A stretch of 60,209 bases of DNA from Candidatus Pacearchaeota archaeon (GTDB lineage Archaea; Nanobdellota; Nanobdellia; Pacearchaeales; GW2011-AR1), in contig JAGLQO010000003.1 of assembly GCA_023136775.1 (NCBI GenBank), positions 1 through 60,209 on the forward strand. The letters run 5' to 3'. Both the position numbers and the translations under genes were made by a program. Positions 1-9,188 of this stretch are shown here, in pieces. The notes beneath the pieces are model-generated. The model was not told where the DNA came from. It was given only the letters and a program-made list of their open reading frames with translations, and ran no database searches. Each line of letters opens with the position of its first letter. Position 1 is the first letter of the stretch.

Positions 1-71
1 ACATATGTCACTGGATTGCACATGAAATTAACAATAACAATCTTTAAAACCATTTATCGTTATAAAAATGA

Positions 72-2675
72 ATGGAAGAAATTGACTTTTCAACAATTGA
101 AAAGAAATGGCAAGGAAAATGGGAGGCTGCTAAAATTTTTGAAGCGTCAGACCAAAGTGAAAAACCTAAGTATTATGTTTTGGAAATGTTTCCGTATCCA
201 TCGGGTTCTGGTCTTCACATGGGGCATGCTTGGAATTATACCATCGGGGATATTTTAGCTCGATATAAAATTATGAATGGATTTAATGTCATGCATCCAA
301 TGGGCTACGATGCGCTAGGGCTTCCAGCTGAAAACGCTGCTATAAAAGCTGGGACTCATCCTGAAGACTATAATAAGAAATCTATACAAAATTATATCAA
401 ACAACAACGTGAGTTGGGACTCTCTTATGATTGGTCTAGAATCCTTTCTACTGACGACCCAAAATATTACAGATGGGACCAATGGATTTTTTTAAAGATG
501 TTGGAAAAAGGTCTTGCTTACCAAAAAACTTCTGCGGTTAATTGGTGTCCTGAGTGTGAAACTGTTTTAGCGAATGAACAAGTTCAAGATGGAAAATGTT
601 GGAGACATGAAGATACTGATGTAAATATCAAACATTTGAAACAATGGTTTTTCAAAATCACAGAATATGCCGATGAGCTTTATGAAAATTTAGATAATAT
701 GGATTGGCCTGACAAGACTAAAGCTATGCAAAAAAACTGGATTGGAAAAAGCCATGGAACTGAAATTGATTTTGAAATCAATAATGAAACTTGGACAGTA
801 TTTACAACTAGACCAGATACAATTTTTGGAGTTACATTTGTTGTAGTTTCTGCTCAACATAAGAAGTTAATGGAACTAGTCACTGAAGAACGAACAAAAA
901 ACATTAAAGAATTTTTGAAAAACTTAGGTTCTATTAGTGAAAAGGAATTGGCGGATATGGAAAAACTTGGAGTTTTTACTGGAAGTTATGCAATCAATCC
1001 TGCTAATGGTGAAAAGATTCCTGTTTATGCTGGAAACTTTGTTGTCGCTGATTATGGATCGGGAATGGTTATGGCAGTTCCAGCTCACGATCAAAGAGAC
1101 TTTGAATTTGCTAAAAAATATGATATTGGAATTCAAGCGGTTGTTTGTCCTAGGGGAAAAGAAGATTTTGAGAATTTTGAATATGATATAGATTACTCTC
1201 GTAAAGATGGGAAAGAATATGTATTACAAGGAAATTCTTTAATTAGCAGTGGGATAAATGGGGAAACGACAGAAACTTATGATAACTATGCAGAAAGAAT
1301 AAGAAAGGAAATTTTCAATAATACCTTTCATTATAGGGCATGGAAAAGCCGGGGTGAGCTTATTCATTCTAAGCAATTTAATGGATTAGACTCTAAAAAA
1401 GCCAAAGAAAAAATAACAGAATGGTTAGTCAAAGAAGACAAGGGGAGAAAAGTTATTAATTTTAAACTTCGAGATTGGGGAATTAGTCGACAGAGATACT
1501 GGGGAACACCTATTCCAATTATCCACTGTGAAGATTGTGGGGCTGTTGCTGTGCCAGAAAATGAGCTTCCTGTAAAGCTACCTAGAGATGTTACATTCGG
1601 AGAAGGAAATCCTTTAGAGACTAATGCAGACTGGATAAACACAACTTGTCCTAAATGTGGGAATCCCGCTAGACGAGAAACTGACACTATGGATACTTTT
1701 GTAAATTCATCTTGGTATTTTTTAAGATATTGTGATCCTAATAATTCTGAAAAGATTTTTGATGAAGAAAAAGTAAAATACTGGAGTCCAGTTGACACTT
1801 ATATTGGTGGAGCTGAACACGCTTGCATGCATTTGATTTATTCAAGATTTTATGTTAAGTTCTTGAGAGATTTAGGAATGATTGATTTTGATGAACCTGC
1901 AAAAAAATTATTTCATCAAGGAATGCTTAACGGCGAAGGTGGAATTAAAATGAGTAAATCAAAAGGAAATGTAGTTTTACCCGAAACAGTTTCTGGCAAA
2001 TTTGGAATTGATACAGCTCGATTCTTTTTATCTGGATTAGCTTCGCCTGATAAAAATATTGATTGGGACGACAAGGGAATAATTGGTAGTGTAAAATTTG
2101 TAAGTAAAATTTTTAGGTATTTTGAGAATATTAAATTTGCAGACGACAATGAAAGTGTTTTATCTTTATTAAATCAAACAATAAAAAACGTAAGTGGATA
2201 TTATGACAATTTTGAATACCGAAAAGCGACGATTGAACTTCGTGAATTGTTTGATTTGATTGACAAAAACAAAGCGTCAAAAGAAACTCTTGGTAAATTT
2301 CTACAAATACTAAATCCAATTTGTCCACATATTACTGAAGAGCTTTGGGAAAAATTAGGAAATGATAATTTTATTTCGACAAGTGATTGGCCAAAAGCGG
2401 ATGAATCCAAAATTGTAAAAAAAGGTCAAAGTGGGGATTTGAACGATAAAGTTATTGAAAGTATAAAATCTATTATTGAAAAAGTCGAGGGAGATTTTTC
2501 CAAAATTTATATTTACATTATGCCATTTGAAATTTCCAAAATAGATTCTTCAAAAATTAGTGATGAGATTAAAAAAACTGTAGAAGTATTCGCAGTTAAT
2601 GATAAAGATAAGCACGACCCTCAAGGAAAAGCCAAGAAAGCAAAACCGGGGAAGCCCAGTATTTATTTAGAATAA
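72..2675 (+). CDS. leuS: Leucyl-tRNA synthetase
   Basis: 867-aa ORF. HIGH-type motif (SGSGLHMGHAWNY), KMSKS motif (IKMSKSKGN) and a long editing-domain insertion. Confidence 0.95.
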   Translation: MEEIDFSTIEKKWQGKWEAAKIFEASDQSEKPKYYVLEMFPYPSGSGLHMGHAWNYTIGDILARYKIMNGFNVMHPMGYDALGLPAENAAIKAGTHPEDYNKKSIQNYIKQQRELGLSYDWSRILSTDDPKYYRWDQWIFLKMLEKGLAYQKTSAVNWCPECETVLANEQVQDGKCWRHEDTDVNIKHLKQWFFKITEYADELYENLDNMDWPDKTKAMQKNWIGKSHGTEIDFEINNETWTVFTTRPDTIFGVTFVVVSAQHKKLMELVTEERTKNIKEFLKNLGSISEKELADMEKLGVFTGSYAINPANGEKIPVYAGNFVVADYGSGMVMAVPAHDQRDFEFAKKYDIGIQAVVCPRGKEDFENFEYDIDYSRKDGKEYVLQGNSLISSGINGETTETYDNYAERIRKEIFNNTFHYRAWKSRGELIHSKQFNGLDSKKAKEKITEWLVKEDKGRKVINFKLRDWGISRQRYWGTPIPIIHCEDCGAVAVPENELPVKLPRDVTFGEGNPLETNADWINTTCPKCGNPARRETDTMDTFVNSSWYFLRYCDPNNSEKIFDEEKVKYWSPVDTYIGGAEHACMHLIYSRFYVKFLRDLGMIDFDEPAKKLFHQGMLNGEGGIKMSKSKGNVVLPETVSGKFGIDTARFFLSGLASPDKNIDWDDKGIIGSVKFVSKIFRYFENIKFADDNESVLSLLNQTIKNVSGYYDNFEYRKATIELRELFDLIDKNKASKETLGKFLQILNPICPHITEELWEKLGNDNFISTSDWPKADESKIVKKGQSGDLNDKVIESIKSIIEKVEGDFSKIYIYIMPFEISKIDSSKISDEIKKTVEVFAVNDKDKHDPQGKAKKAKPGKPSIYLE

Positions 2676-2680
2676 AAGAT

Positions 2681-2707
2681 GTTGGTATTTTTTCTGGTGA
2701 AATCAAC
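2681..2707 (+). repeat. Solo P1-type hairpin of the structured-element family (copy G), 5 nt after the leuS stop
   Basis: Reads gttggtattttttctggtgaaatcaac. Stems GTTG/CAAC and ATTT/AAAT, with the family-specific loop CTGGTG. No P2-P4 follows. Confidence 0.6.
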
Positions 2708-2880
2708 TTTATAATCCATAACTGAGAAAGTTATAAAAAGCATTGTGACTGATTATTTTTGAAACGGGAGAAAGACGGGGTTTAATATTAAACATCTAGG
2801 TAATTATTTAACAAATGTTGTATCACTTTCTAGTGACGACAGATAGCAAAACTTATAAAGTCTTATTATTTGTGTGGATT

Positions 2881-3513
2881 ATGGCTATCGATAAAACAAC
2901 ACTGAGTGAAAGATATTCTAGCGGAGATGATTTGATTAAGAAATGTAATACTTGTGAATACTGTGTATACGAAGACGTATTGAAACCATATCAAAGAGTA
3001 ATGGATATTTTACAAAGAGACCTTCCCAAAGGAGACCATCCACATAGAAGAATAATCGAAGACCTATGTGGGGAAGATATGGACGAACCGTGTGATATGA
3101 AATATGCTGCTATGAGGGCTCATTTCCCTGATTTTATGCTTGGACAATTAGGTGTTATTGGAAAATATTTCAAATCCGATTTAGGGAAAACCATCAAAGA
3201 ACCAGTTAACTTTAAAGACGCTTATATGACTTGGAGCCTGAGTGAAAATAATCTGACTAATAGTGATGGGTCTTTAGTAAATAGCATGGGGAATCCAATA
3301 ACCTACTCTATGCGATGGCGAGAAGTTTGGAATGGTTCTCTAAATATAAATAAAGAACCTACGCTTACTGAACTTGGGATATATAGGGTTGTGGTATCCG
3401 ACAATGAAACATATGAGGAATGGTTTAGGGCTAAAGAGCTGCTAAAGGAATCCGAAGAGAAAAGACACAAAAGGGGAATTTTTTCCCTAGAGAATATAAT
3501 GATAGTGATTTAA
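2881..3513 (+). CDS. Hypothetical protein, Cys-rich N-terminus (CNTCEYC)
   Basis: Long ORF. I prefer the ATG at 2881 (MAIDKTT...) over the track start at 2815. No family recognised. Confidence 0.5.
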   Translation: MAIDKTTLSERYSSGDDLIKKCNTCEYCVYEDVLKPYQRVMDILQRDLPKGDHPHRRIIEDLCGEDMDEPCDMKYAAMRAHFPDFMLGQLGVIGKYFKSDLGKTIKEPVNFKDAYMTWSLSENNLTNSDGSLVNSMGNPITYSMRWREVWNGSLNINKEPTLTELGIYRVVVSDNETYEEWFRAKELLKESEEKRHKRGIFSLENIMIVI

Positions 3514-3564
3514 ATTACAATCGTTAGTACTTAATTATTTAAAATACATTTATCTTTACGATTT

Positions 3565-4197
3565 ATGAGCATGATAGAAATATTTATTTTATTCTTAATA
3601 GGGTCCATTATTGGATGGATATTAGAATTTTTATATTTAAATTTAATAGAAAAAAGAAATGTGAATCCCGGATTTTTAAAAGGTCCTTATCTGCCAATTT
3701 ATGGGTTTACTATACTTTTTCTTTACTTTATATCTGTCCTAAGTATTAATATAATTTATAAAATATTTTTGTTTATTATCTTCCCTACGCTAATCGAATT
3801 AATAACTGGGGTTGTCTTTGAAAAATATTTTAAAATAAAAATATGGGATTATCATAGAAAATTTTGGAATTATAGGGGTATAATCTGTCTTCAGGCGTCA
3901 TTTTATTGGGCAATTCTTTCTATTTTTTATCTTTTTGTTTTGCATAATTTTGTCGATGGATACTTGACTATAATATTATCTAGTACAAATTATATTTTCT
4001 TTTATGGGGCAATCGCTGGAATATTTTTACTAGACGAATTCTATGCTCTCAATATGGCTTTTAAGATAAAACAAATAGCTACTAAAATGAGAACGAAACA
4101 AATTGATTTTAATAAATTCAAAAAAGCCAGTAGTATTTTTGGAAATCTGAAAGATAAAGTTAAAACTGTGATAAAAGAAAAATCTTTACACTTGTAA
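3565..4197 (+). CDS. Multi-pass membrane protein, putative ABC-transporter type IV (PF06541-like)
   Basis: N-terminal IGSIIGWILEFLY...NPGFLKGPYLPIYGF matches my memory of the PF06541 signature. About 6 TM segments. Confidence 0.65.
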   Translation: MSMIEIFILFLIGSIIGWILEFLYLNLIEKRNVNPGFLKGPYLPIYGFTILFLYFISVLSINIIYKIFLFIIFPTLIELITGVVFEKYFKIKIWDYHRKFWNYRGIICLQASFYWAILSIFYLFVLHNFVDGYLTIILSSTNYIFFYGAIAGIFLLDEFYALNMAFKIKQIATKMRTKQIDFNKFKKASSIFGNLKDKVKTVIKEKSLHL

Positions 4198-4231
4198 TTA
4201 GTTATTTAAACTCCTAAAATTTAATAATATA

Positions 4232-4639
4232 ATGATACAAAAAAATGGGGCTGTTGTGAAAAATGGATCTGTGCAAAAAATTGTTAACGGTTCTCATTCG
4301 TTTGGGGAAAAGGCTAGTGATAATATATCAAAATGGGCTGGAAGTTGGACTTTTATTTTGTCTTTTACTGCATTTCTAGCAGCATGGATGATTTTAAATA
4401 CATCTATGGTTTTATTTGGGAAATGGGACGAACGTCCATTTATTCTTCTTAACTTAATATTGTCTTGTATGGCTGCATTTCAAGCTCCTGTAATTCTTAT
4501 GAGTCAGAATAGAGCGGCGAAAAAAGATAGACAGCGAATGGAATATGATTATTCTGTGAATAGAAAAGCTGAACGTGGAATCGAGGCTATTCAAAAGAAA
4601 CTGAAATCTATCGAGAGAAAATTAAGCAAGTCTCTTTGA
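4232..4639 (+). CDS. DUF1003-family membrane protein
   Basis: Two TM segments, then SQNRAAKKDRQRMEYDYSVNRKAE, typical of DUF1003. Confidence 0.7.
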   Translation: MIQKNGAVVKNGSVQKIVNGSHSFGEKASDNISKWAGSWTFILSFTAFLAAWMILNTSMVLFGKWDERPFILLNLILSCMAAFQAPVILMSQNRAAKKDRQRMEYDYSVNRKAERGIEAIQKKLKSIERKLSKSL

Positions 4640-4650
4640 GCTTTATTTTA

Positions 4651-4768
4651 CTGGAGCGTTAGCGATTAAATGGACAAGTCTTTCGAGCGGAATGAAATGG
4701 AGCGGTTATGAGTCGAATGAAGACGGAGTCGTAATGAGCGAATAAATATGAGAAACGAAGTTTCTCTA
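4651..4768 (-). repeat. Truncated, decayed long-form element (P4 hairpin plus 3' domain) immediately after the alaS stop
   Basis: Minus strand reads TAGAGAAACTTCGTTTCTCATATTTATTCGC...ACTTGTCCATTTAATCGCTAACGCTCCAG. This parallels copy B (AGGAGAACTTCGTTCTCATATTTTGCAGC...ACTTGGCTGTTCAATTGCGAAATAATTTTCGCTCCAAC). Confidence 0.55.
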
Positions 4769-6523
4769 AAGTAAAACTGCTTTTATTCTTCTTACACCTG
4801 CTGAACTTGATTCTTCTTTTTTAATCTTAAATCTTCCCATTTCGTCCGTGTTGTCTACGTGGGGTCCTGCACAAATTTCTTTTGAGAAATCTCCGATAGA
4901 ATAAACTTTTACTTTTTCAGAATATTTAGAATCGAAAATTCCTTCGGCTCCAGAAGCCTTTGCTTCGTCAACTGTCATTTCCTCCAACTTAACTTCCACT
5001 TCTTTTTGTATTTCTGCATTAACTAAATTCTCGACACTTATTTTTTCTTCTGATGTTAATTTTCTATCAAAGTTAAAATCAAACCTTAATCTTTCAGGTG
5101 TGATATTGGAGCCCTTCTGATGGATATTTTTATCTTTCAAAACAATTCGCAAAGCTTCACCCAACATATGACAAGCTGTATGAAGTTTTTTTGTTTCATC
5201 CGAATTATCAGCTAAACCACTTTTGAATTTTCCAGCTGAGGCAGTTCTTGACAATTCCTGATGTTTAGAAAGCTCTTCATTAAATCCCTTTTCGTCGACG
5301 CTAATTCCTTTTTCGTCGGCTAGTTCTTTAATTAATTCGATTGGGAATCCATAAGATTGGTAAAGTAAAAATGATTCTTTGGCATCAATTTTTTCATCAC
5401 TACACATTTTTTCAAATTCCTTTAATCCCTTATCAAGCGTCTTTTGAAATTTATCTTCTTCTTTCTTTAATTCCGATAAAATCTTTTCCTTGTTATTTGT
5501 TAAAATATCATAATCATCATAAAGTTCAATCACTACTTTTGAAATTTCAACCGTTGCGTCCATCTCCAAAATTGGAACGTCAATTTTTCTAAGACTTCTA
5601 ATTGCTCTTCTAATTAATCTTCTAAGGATGTATCCTTGCTCACTATTTCCAGGGACAACACCGTCGCCAATCATAAAAGTTGCGGCTTTTATGTGGTCTG
5701 CAACAATTCTCATCTCTCTTTCATTTCCAATATAAGATTTATTTGAGATAGATTCAATTTTTTCTATAATTGGTTTCCATACATCGATTAAATAATTATC
5801 TTCTAGACCATCCAGCGTAGTAATTATTCTTTCAATTCCTCCCCCAAAATCAATATTTTTTTGAGAGGATTCAGTATAGCTTCCATCTTTATTTTTAAAA
5901 TAAGCCATTAAAACATTGTTTCCAATCTCTACCCAATTAGAATCTTCGAGATTATATTTCTCTGGAGCTGGAATACCATTTGGCATCCAATAAAACATTT
6001 CAGTGTCGGTTCCGCATGGTCCCGTTTCTCCTCCAAGCTCCCACCAATTTTCAGACTTTGGTAAAAATGCAATTCTGTTTTCGCTAACGCCTAAACTTTT
6101 CCAAATATTTGCAGCTTCAACGTCACGCGGGGCATTATTATCTCCAGCAAAAACTGTAAAAGCTAATTTTCCCAATGGAATTTCTAAAACTTTAGTTAAA
6201 AATTCAAAAATATATTCAATTGCTTCTTTCTTAAAATAATCTCCAAGAGACCAATGTCCAAGCATTTCAAATAAGGTATGATGACAAGTATCTCCTACTT
6301 CTTCAATATCCACTGTCCTGACACATCTTTGAACATTAACTAAACGCTTTCCTTGAGGATGAGTTTGCTCTCCAGAAAAATATGGAATTAATGGTTGCAT
6401 TCCTGCGGTTGTAAATAAAACTGTTGGATCATTTTCAGGGACTAAAGACGCACTTCTAATTCTGACATGCCCTTTACTTTCAAAAAATCTCACGTACTTC
6501 TCGATTAATTCTTTCCTATCCAT
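4766..6523 (-). CDS. alaS: Alanyl-tRNA synthetase, short form (catalytic, tRNA-recognition and editing domains; no C-Ala domain)
   Basis: 585 aa. N-terminus FFESKGH...FTTAGMQP..., editing HxxxH (HTACHMLGEAL) and CAGPHV near the C-terminus. Confidence 0.9.
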   Translation of the reverse strand: MDRKELIEKYVRFFESKGHVRIRSASLVPENDPTVLFTTAGMQPLIPYFSGEQTHPQGKRLVNVQRCVRTVDIEEVGDTCHHTLFEMLGHWSLGDYFKKEAIEYIFEFLTKVLEIPLGKLAFTVFAGDNNAPRDVEAANIWKSLGVSENRIAFLPKSENWWELGGETGPCGTDTEMFYWMPNGIPAPEKYNLEDSNWVEIGNNVLMAYFKNKDGSYTESSQKNIDFGGGIERIITTLDGLEDNYLIDVWKPIIEKIESISNKSYIGNEREMRIVADHIKAATFMIGDGVVPGNSEQGYILRRLIRRAIRSLRKIDVPILEMDATVEISKVVIELYDDYDILTNNKEKILSELKKEEDKFQKTLDKGLKEFEKMCSDEKIDAKESFLLYQSYGFPIELIKELADEKGISVDEKGFNEELSKHQELSRTASAGKFKSGLADNSDETKKLHTACHMLGEALRIVLKDKNIHQKGSNITPERLRFDFNFDRKLTSEEKISVENLVNAEIQKEVEVKLEEMTVDEAKASGAEGIFDSKYSEKVKVYSIGDFSKEICAGPHVDNTDEMGRFKIKKEESSSAGVRRIKAVLL

Positions 6524-6611
6524 AATAGAAAATAAAGTATTTACCTTTTTAAGAATGTTGCGACATTCTTAAAAGATGGAGTTTTTACCGAAACAAGATA
6601 TCTCTTATGAA

Positions 6612-6983
6612 CTAAGAATTTAGTTGGGCTAACTTTTCTTGAATCAATCTTAATTCTATATCGAGCCCACTTCTTCTAGAAACACTTTGCTTAGGCTTGG
6701 GCTTTTCTACTTGAATTTCTATTATGGGGGTAGTTACTTGGATTGTTTTTGGGATTGAAGAAGTTGGCATTCTTTTTTGTATTGCATTAATCTCAGAGTT
6801 AACAGATTTCATTAATCTCAGTAATATTTTCTTTAAATCATTTTTTTGTCTAGCTAATACTTTCAGATTATAAAGTCTCTTCAGTGAGGCAAGAGTACTC
6901 GCTTGACACATTAATAAATTTGACTTTCCTCCTCTATAAACACCTCTGTCTATAGAAACATAGAGTTCTTCTTTACTTGCCAT
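6612..6983 (-). CDS. Hypothetical coiled-coil protein
   Basis: 123-aa ORF packed against the upstream ORF (stop and start 1 nt apart). No family recognised. Confidence 0.45.
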   Translation of the reverse strand: MASKEELYVSIDRGVYRGGKSNLLMCQASTLASLKRLYNLKVLARQKNDLKKILLRLMKSVNSEINAIQKRMPTSSIPKTIQVTTPIIEIQVEKPKPKQSVSRRSGLDIELRLIQEKLAQLNS

Positions 6984-6984
6984 A

Positions 6985-7581
6985 TTAAATTTGACTAAAA
7001 ATATCTGTGTCGATAACGCCCAACTTCAGCTTAATTTTTTCAACGTCTTCTGCCCAGCCCTTTAATTCTTCCTCTTCTCTTATTTTAACTTCTTTTATCT
7101 TTTGTAAAACTGATTCTATTTCTCCAACTCTATCCTTGATGTCATCAAAATCTTTTTGAGATTCTTGGAATTTATCTATCCTAACAAATATCGGCTCGCT
7201 GGTTCTTTCAATTGGAGTTGGAACAGCAGGGACTGAAGGAACCGGGGTGGGTTGCCCTACCGAAGAAGCAGGGGTTGGAAAAGTTAATGGTGCTGGAGCC
7301 TCAAAGGGTTTTGCTACGGGGGTCGGTTCTGGAGTTTCATTTACTTTTGGAATTTGCGGAATTAATGACTCTTTAGTTTCTTCTGTATTTGGGATAGTTG
7401 AATCACTAACTGCTGACTTTACCACTGCTTGATTAAAAGATTCATTTTTGGGGCTAGATGGAAATGATGGTAATTCGGGAAGGTCTTTTTTTTCTGATGC
7501 TTTTCCCATTGTTGGAAGTTCTGGTAAACTTGGTGCTGTTGGTATTTCTGGCACAGACTCCTTTTTATTAAATAACCCCAT
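6985..7581 (-). CDS. Hypothetical protein with a Pro-rich low-complexity linker and a C-terminal coiled coil
   Basis: 198 aa. The PxP-rich middle (PTPVPSVPAVPTP) is followed by a charged helical C-terminus. Confidence 0.5.
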   Translation of the reverse strand: MGLFNKKESVPEIPTAPSLPELPTMGKASEKKDLPELPSFPSSPKNESFNQAVVKSAVSDSTIPNTEETKESLIPQIPKVNETPEPTPVAKPFEAPAPLTFPTPASSVGQPTPVPSVPAVPTPIERTSEPIFVRIDKFQESQKDFDDIKDRVGEIESVLQKIKEVKIREEEELKGWAEDVEKIKLKLGVIDTDIFSQI

Positions 7582-7682
7582 AATAGGTTTAGCTCAAATT
7601 CTTTTTTATAGGTTTATTGTAATTATATAATTACGACACAAAGTCTGGAAAGATATATAAACGAAATCTTATTTTATTCACT

Positions 7683-8513
7683 ATGCAGATTAAACTTTTA
7701 CATGATTTGGTCGAAGAACTGGCTGGTGAAAATACTGGTAGAATTGTTGATATTTTATTTGGAAAGAAGAATGTTAATGAATTTTTAATAGCTAAGAAAA
7801 TGGACTTAACAATTAATCAAGTTAGAAATATTTTATATAAACTTTCTGCTGATAATCTTGTTTCTTTTGAAAGAAAAAAAGATAAGAGAAAGGGTTGGTA
7901 TATTTATTATTGGACTCTTAATACTGAAAAATGTTTGATGAAGTTGGAACTTTCGCTTGTCAATAAAATTGAAAAGTTAAAAATTATTTTAGAAAATAGA
8001 GAAACAAAAAGATTTTATGTTTGTAAGCCATGTGGCATTGAAGTTACCGAGGAGAAAGCACTTGATCATGGATTTAGTTGTGAAGAGTGTGCTGAAGTTT
8101 ATGAACTTTCTGATAATTCTGGTCCAATACGGGACACAAAAGCTAAGATTACTAGAACTGAAAAAAGTCTTACGTTGATTAAAGATGAACTTGAATTAAT
8201 TAGAGAGAAAGCTCGAAAGAAAAAAGCCAGAGCTGAAAAGAAAGCTGAAAAAGAAGAAGTTGAAAGAAAAGAATTAATGAAGCAGGTAAGAGCTGCTGCG
8301 AGAAAAAAAGTTGCAGAAGCTAAAGCAAAAGCTGAAGGAAAAACTTTGCCAGTAAAAAAAACGGCTGCGAAGAAAAAGGCTGTTGTTAAAAAAATTACTA
8401 CTAAAAAAGTTCCTGTCAAAAAGGCTGTTACAAGGAAATCGGTGACTAAAAAAAAAGCTGTTACTAAAAAAAAGGCTGGAAAGAAAGTTGTAAAGAAAAA
8501 AGGGAAGAAATAA
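7683..8513 (+). CDS. tfe: Transcription factor E alpha (TFIIE-alpha homologue) with a Lys/Ala-rich C-terminal tail
   Basis: Winged-helix N-terminus, Zn-ribbon CKPCG...CEEC, then about 100 aa of AKKK/VKKK repeats. Confidence 0.8.
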   Translation: MQIKLLHDLVEELAGENTGRIVDILFGKKNVNEFLIAKKMDLTINQVRNILYKLSADNLVSFERKKDKRKGWYIYYWTLNTEKCLMKLELSLVNKIEKLKIILENRETKRFYVCKPCGIEVTEEKALDHGFSCEECAEVYELSDNSGPIRDTKAKITRTEKSLTLIKDELELIREKARKKKARAEKKAEKEEVERKELMKQVRAAARKKVAEAKAKAEGKTLPVKKTAAKKKAVVKKITTKKVPVKKAVTRKSVTKKKAVTKKKAGKKVVKKKGKK

Positions 8514-9185
8514 ATGAAGAAATATGAACTCTTCTCGACCTATGCTGGGAAATTAATTGTTATTAATGTTATTGCATTTTTTGCGTTTATGATTTTTGTT
8601 GGGATTGTTGGCGGAGAAAAAGCCATTTCTTGGGTTGCTTTGATGCCTGCTGCTATTTTTTCTGGGAAAAGTGTTTGGACTTTTATTACTAGTATGTTTA
8701 TGCACGGGAGCTTTACTCATCTTCTTGTAAATATGATTTCGCTTTCATTTATTGGGAGCTTCGTAGAAAAGTTGATTGGAAAGAAAAGATTTTTGAGAGT
8801 TTATCTTATTGGTGGTTTGTTTGCTGGATTGTTGTTTGTGACACTCGCTGGGTTATTTGGGAATACTTTACTTGGTGAAAGAATTGTTGGAAGCCCCTTT
8901 GCCTATGCCGTTGGAGCTAGTGGTGCTATATTTGCTCTTGGTGGACTTTTAGCGGTGTTAACTCCGAAGCTTCCGGTGATGGTTTTCTTTATTATTCCTA
9001 TGCCAATGTGGATTGCTATGGCTGTTTTAATGTTTGGACTTTGGGCAGTGTCTCTTGGAGCTGGACTTGGAATTGGGAATACTGCTCACCTCGGAGGACT
9101 TATTATTGGCCTTGGATATGGATTTTATTTGAAGAAAAAATATCCACATAAAACTAAAATGATTAGTCGATACTTTACAAAATGA
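8514..9185 (+). CDS. Rhomboid-family intramembrane serine protease
   Basis: 6 TM segments. Motifs MHGSFTHLLVNM, GASGAIFALGG and HLGGLIIG. Confidence 0.85.
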   Translation: MKKYELFSTYAGKLIVINVIAFFAFMIFVGIVGGEKAISWVALMPAAIFSGKSVWTFITSMFMHGSFTHLLVNMISLSFIGSFVEKLIGKKRFLRVYLIGGLFAGLLFVTLAGLFGNTLLGERIVGSPFAYAVGASGAIFALGGLLAVLTPKLPVMVFFIIPMPMWIAMAVLMFGLWAVSLGAGLGIGNTAHLGGLIIGLGYGFYLKKKYPHKTKMISRYFTK

Positions 9186-9188
9186 AGC

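Noticed and set aside
1364-1798. Antisense or alternative-frame ORFs inside long genes, for example 1364..1798, 8099..8419, 18315..18665, 18765..19151, 36022..36444, 45878..46114, 46816..47169, 54296..54640 and 56511..56786.
   Set aside because: Each lies within a much longer ORF that carries recognisable motifs or better architecture. Their compositions are typical of shadow frames in AT-rich DNA.
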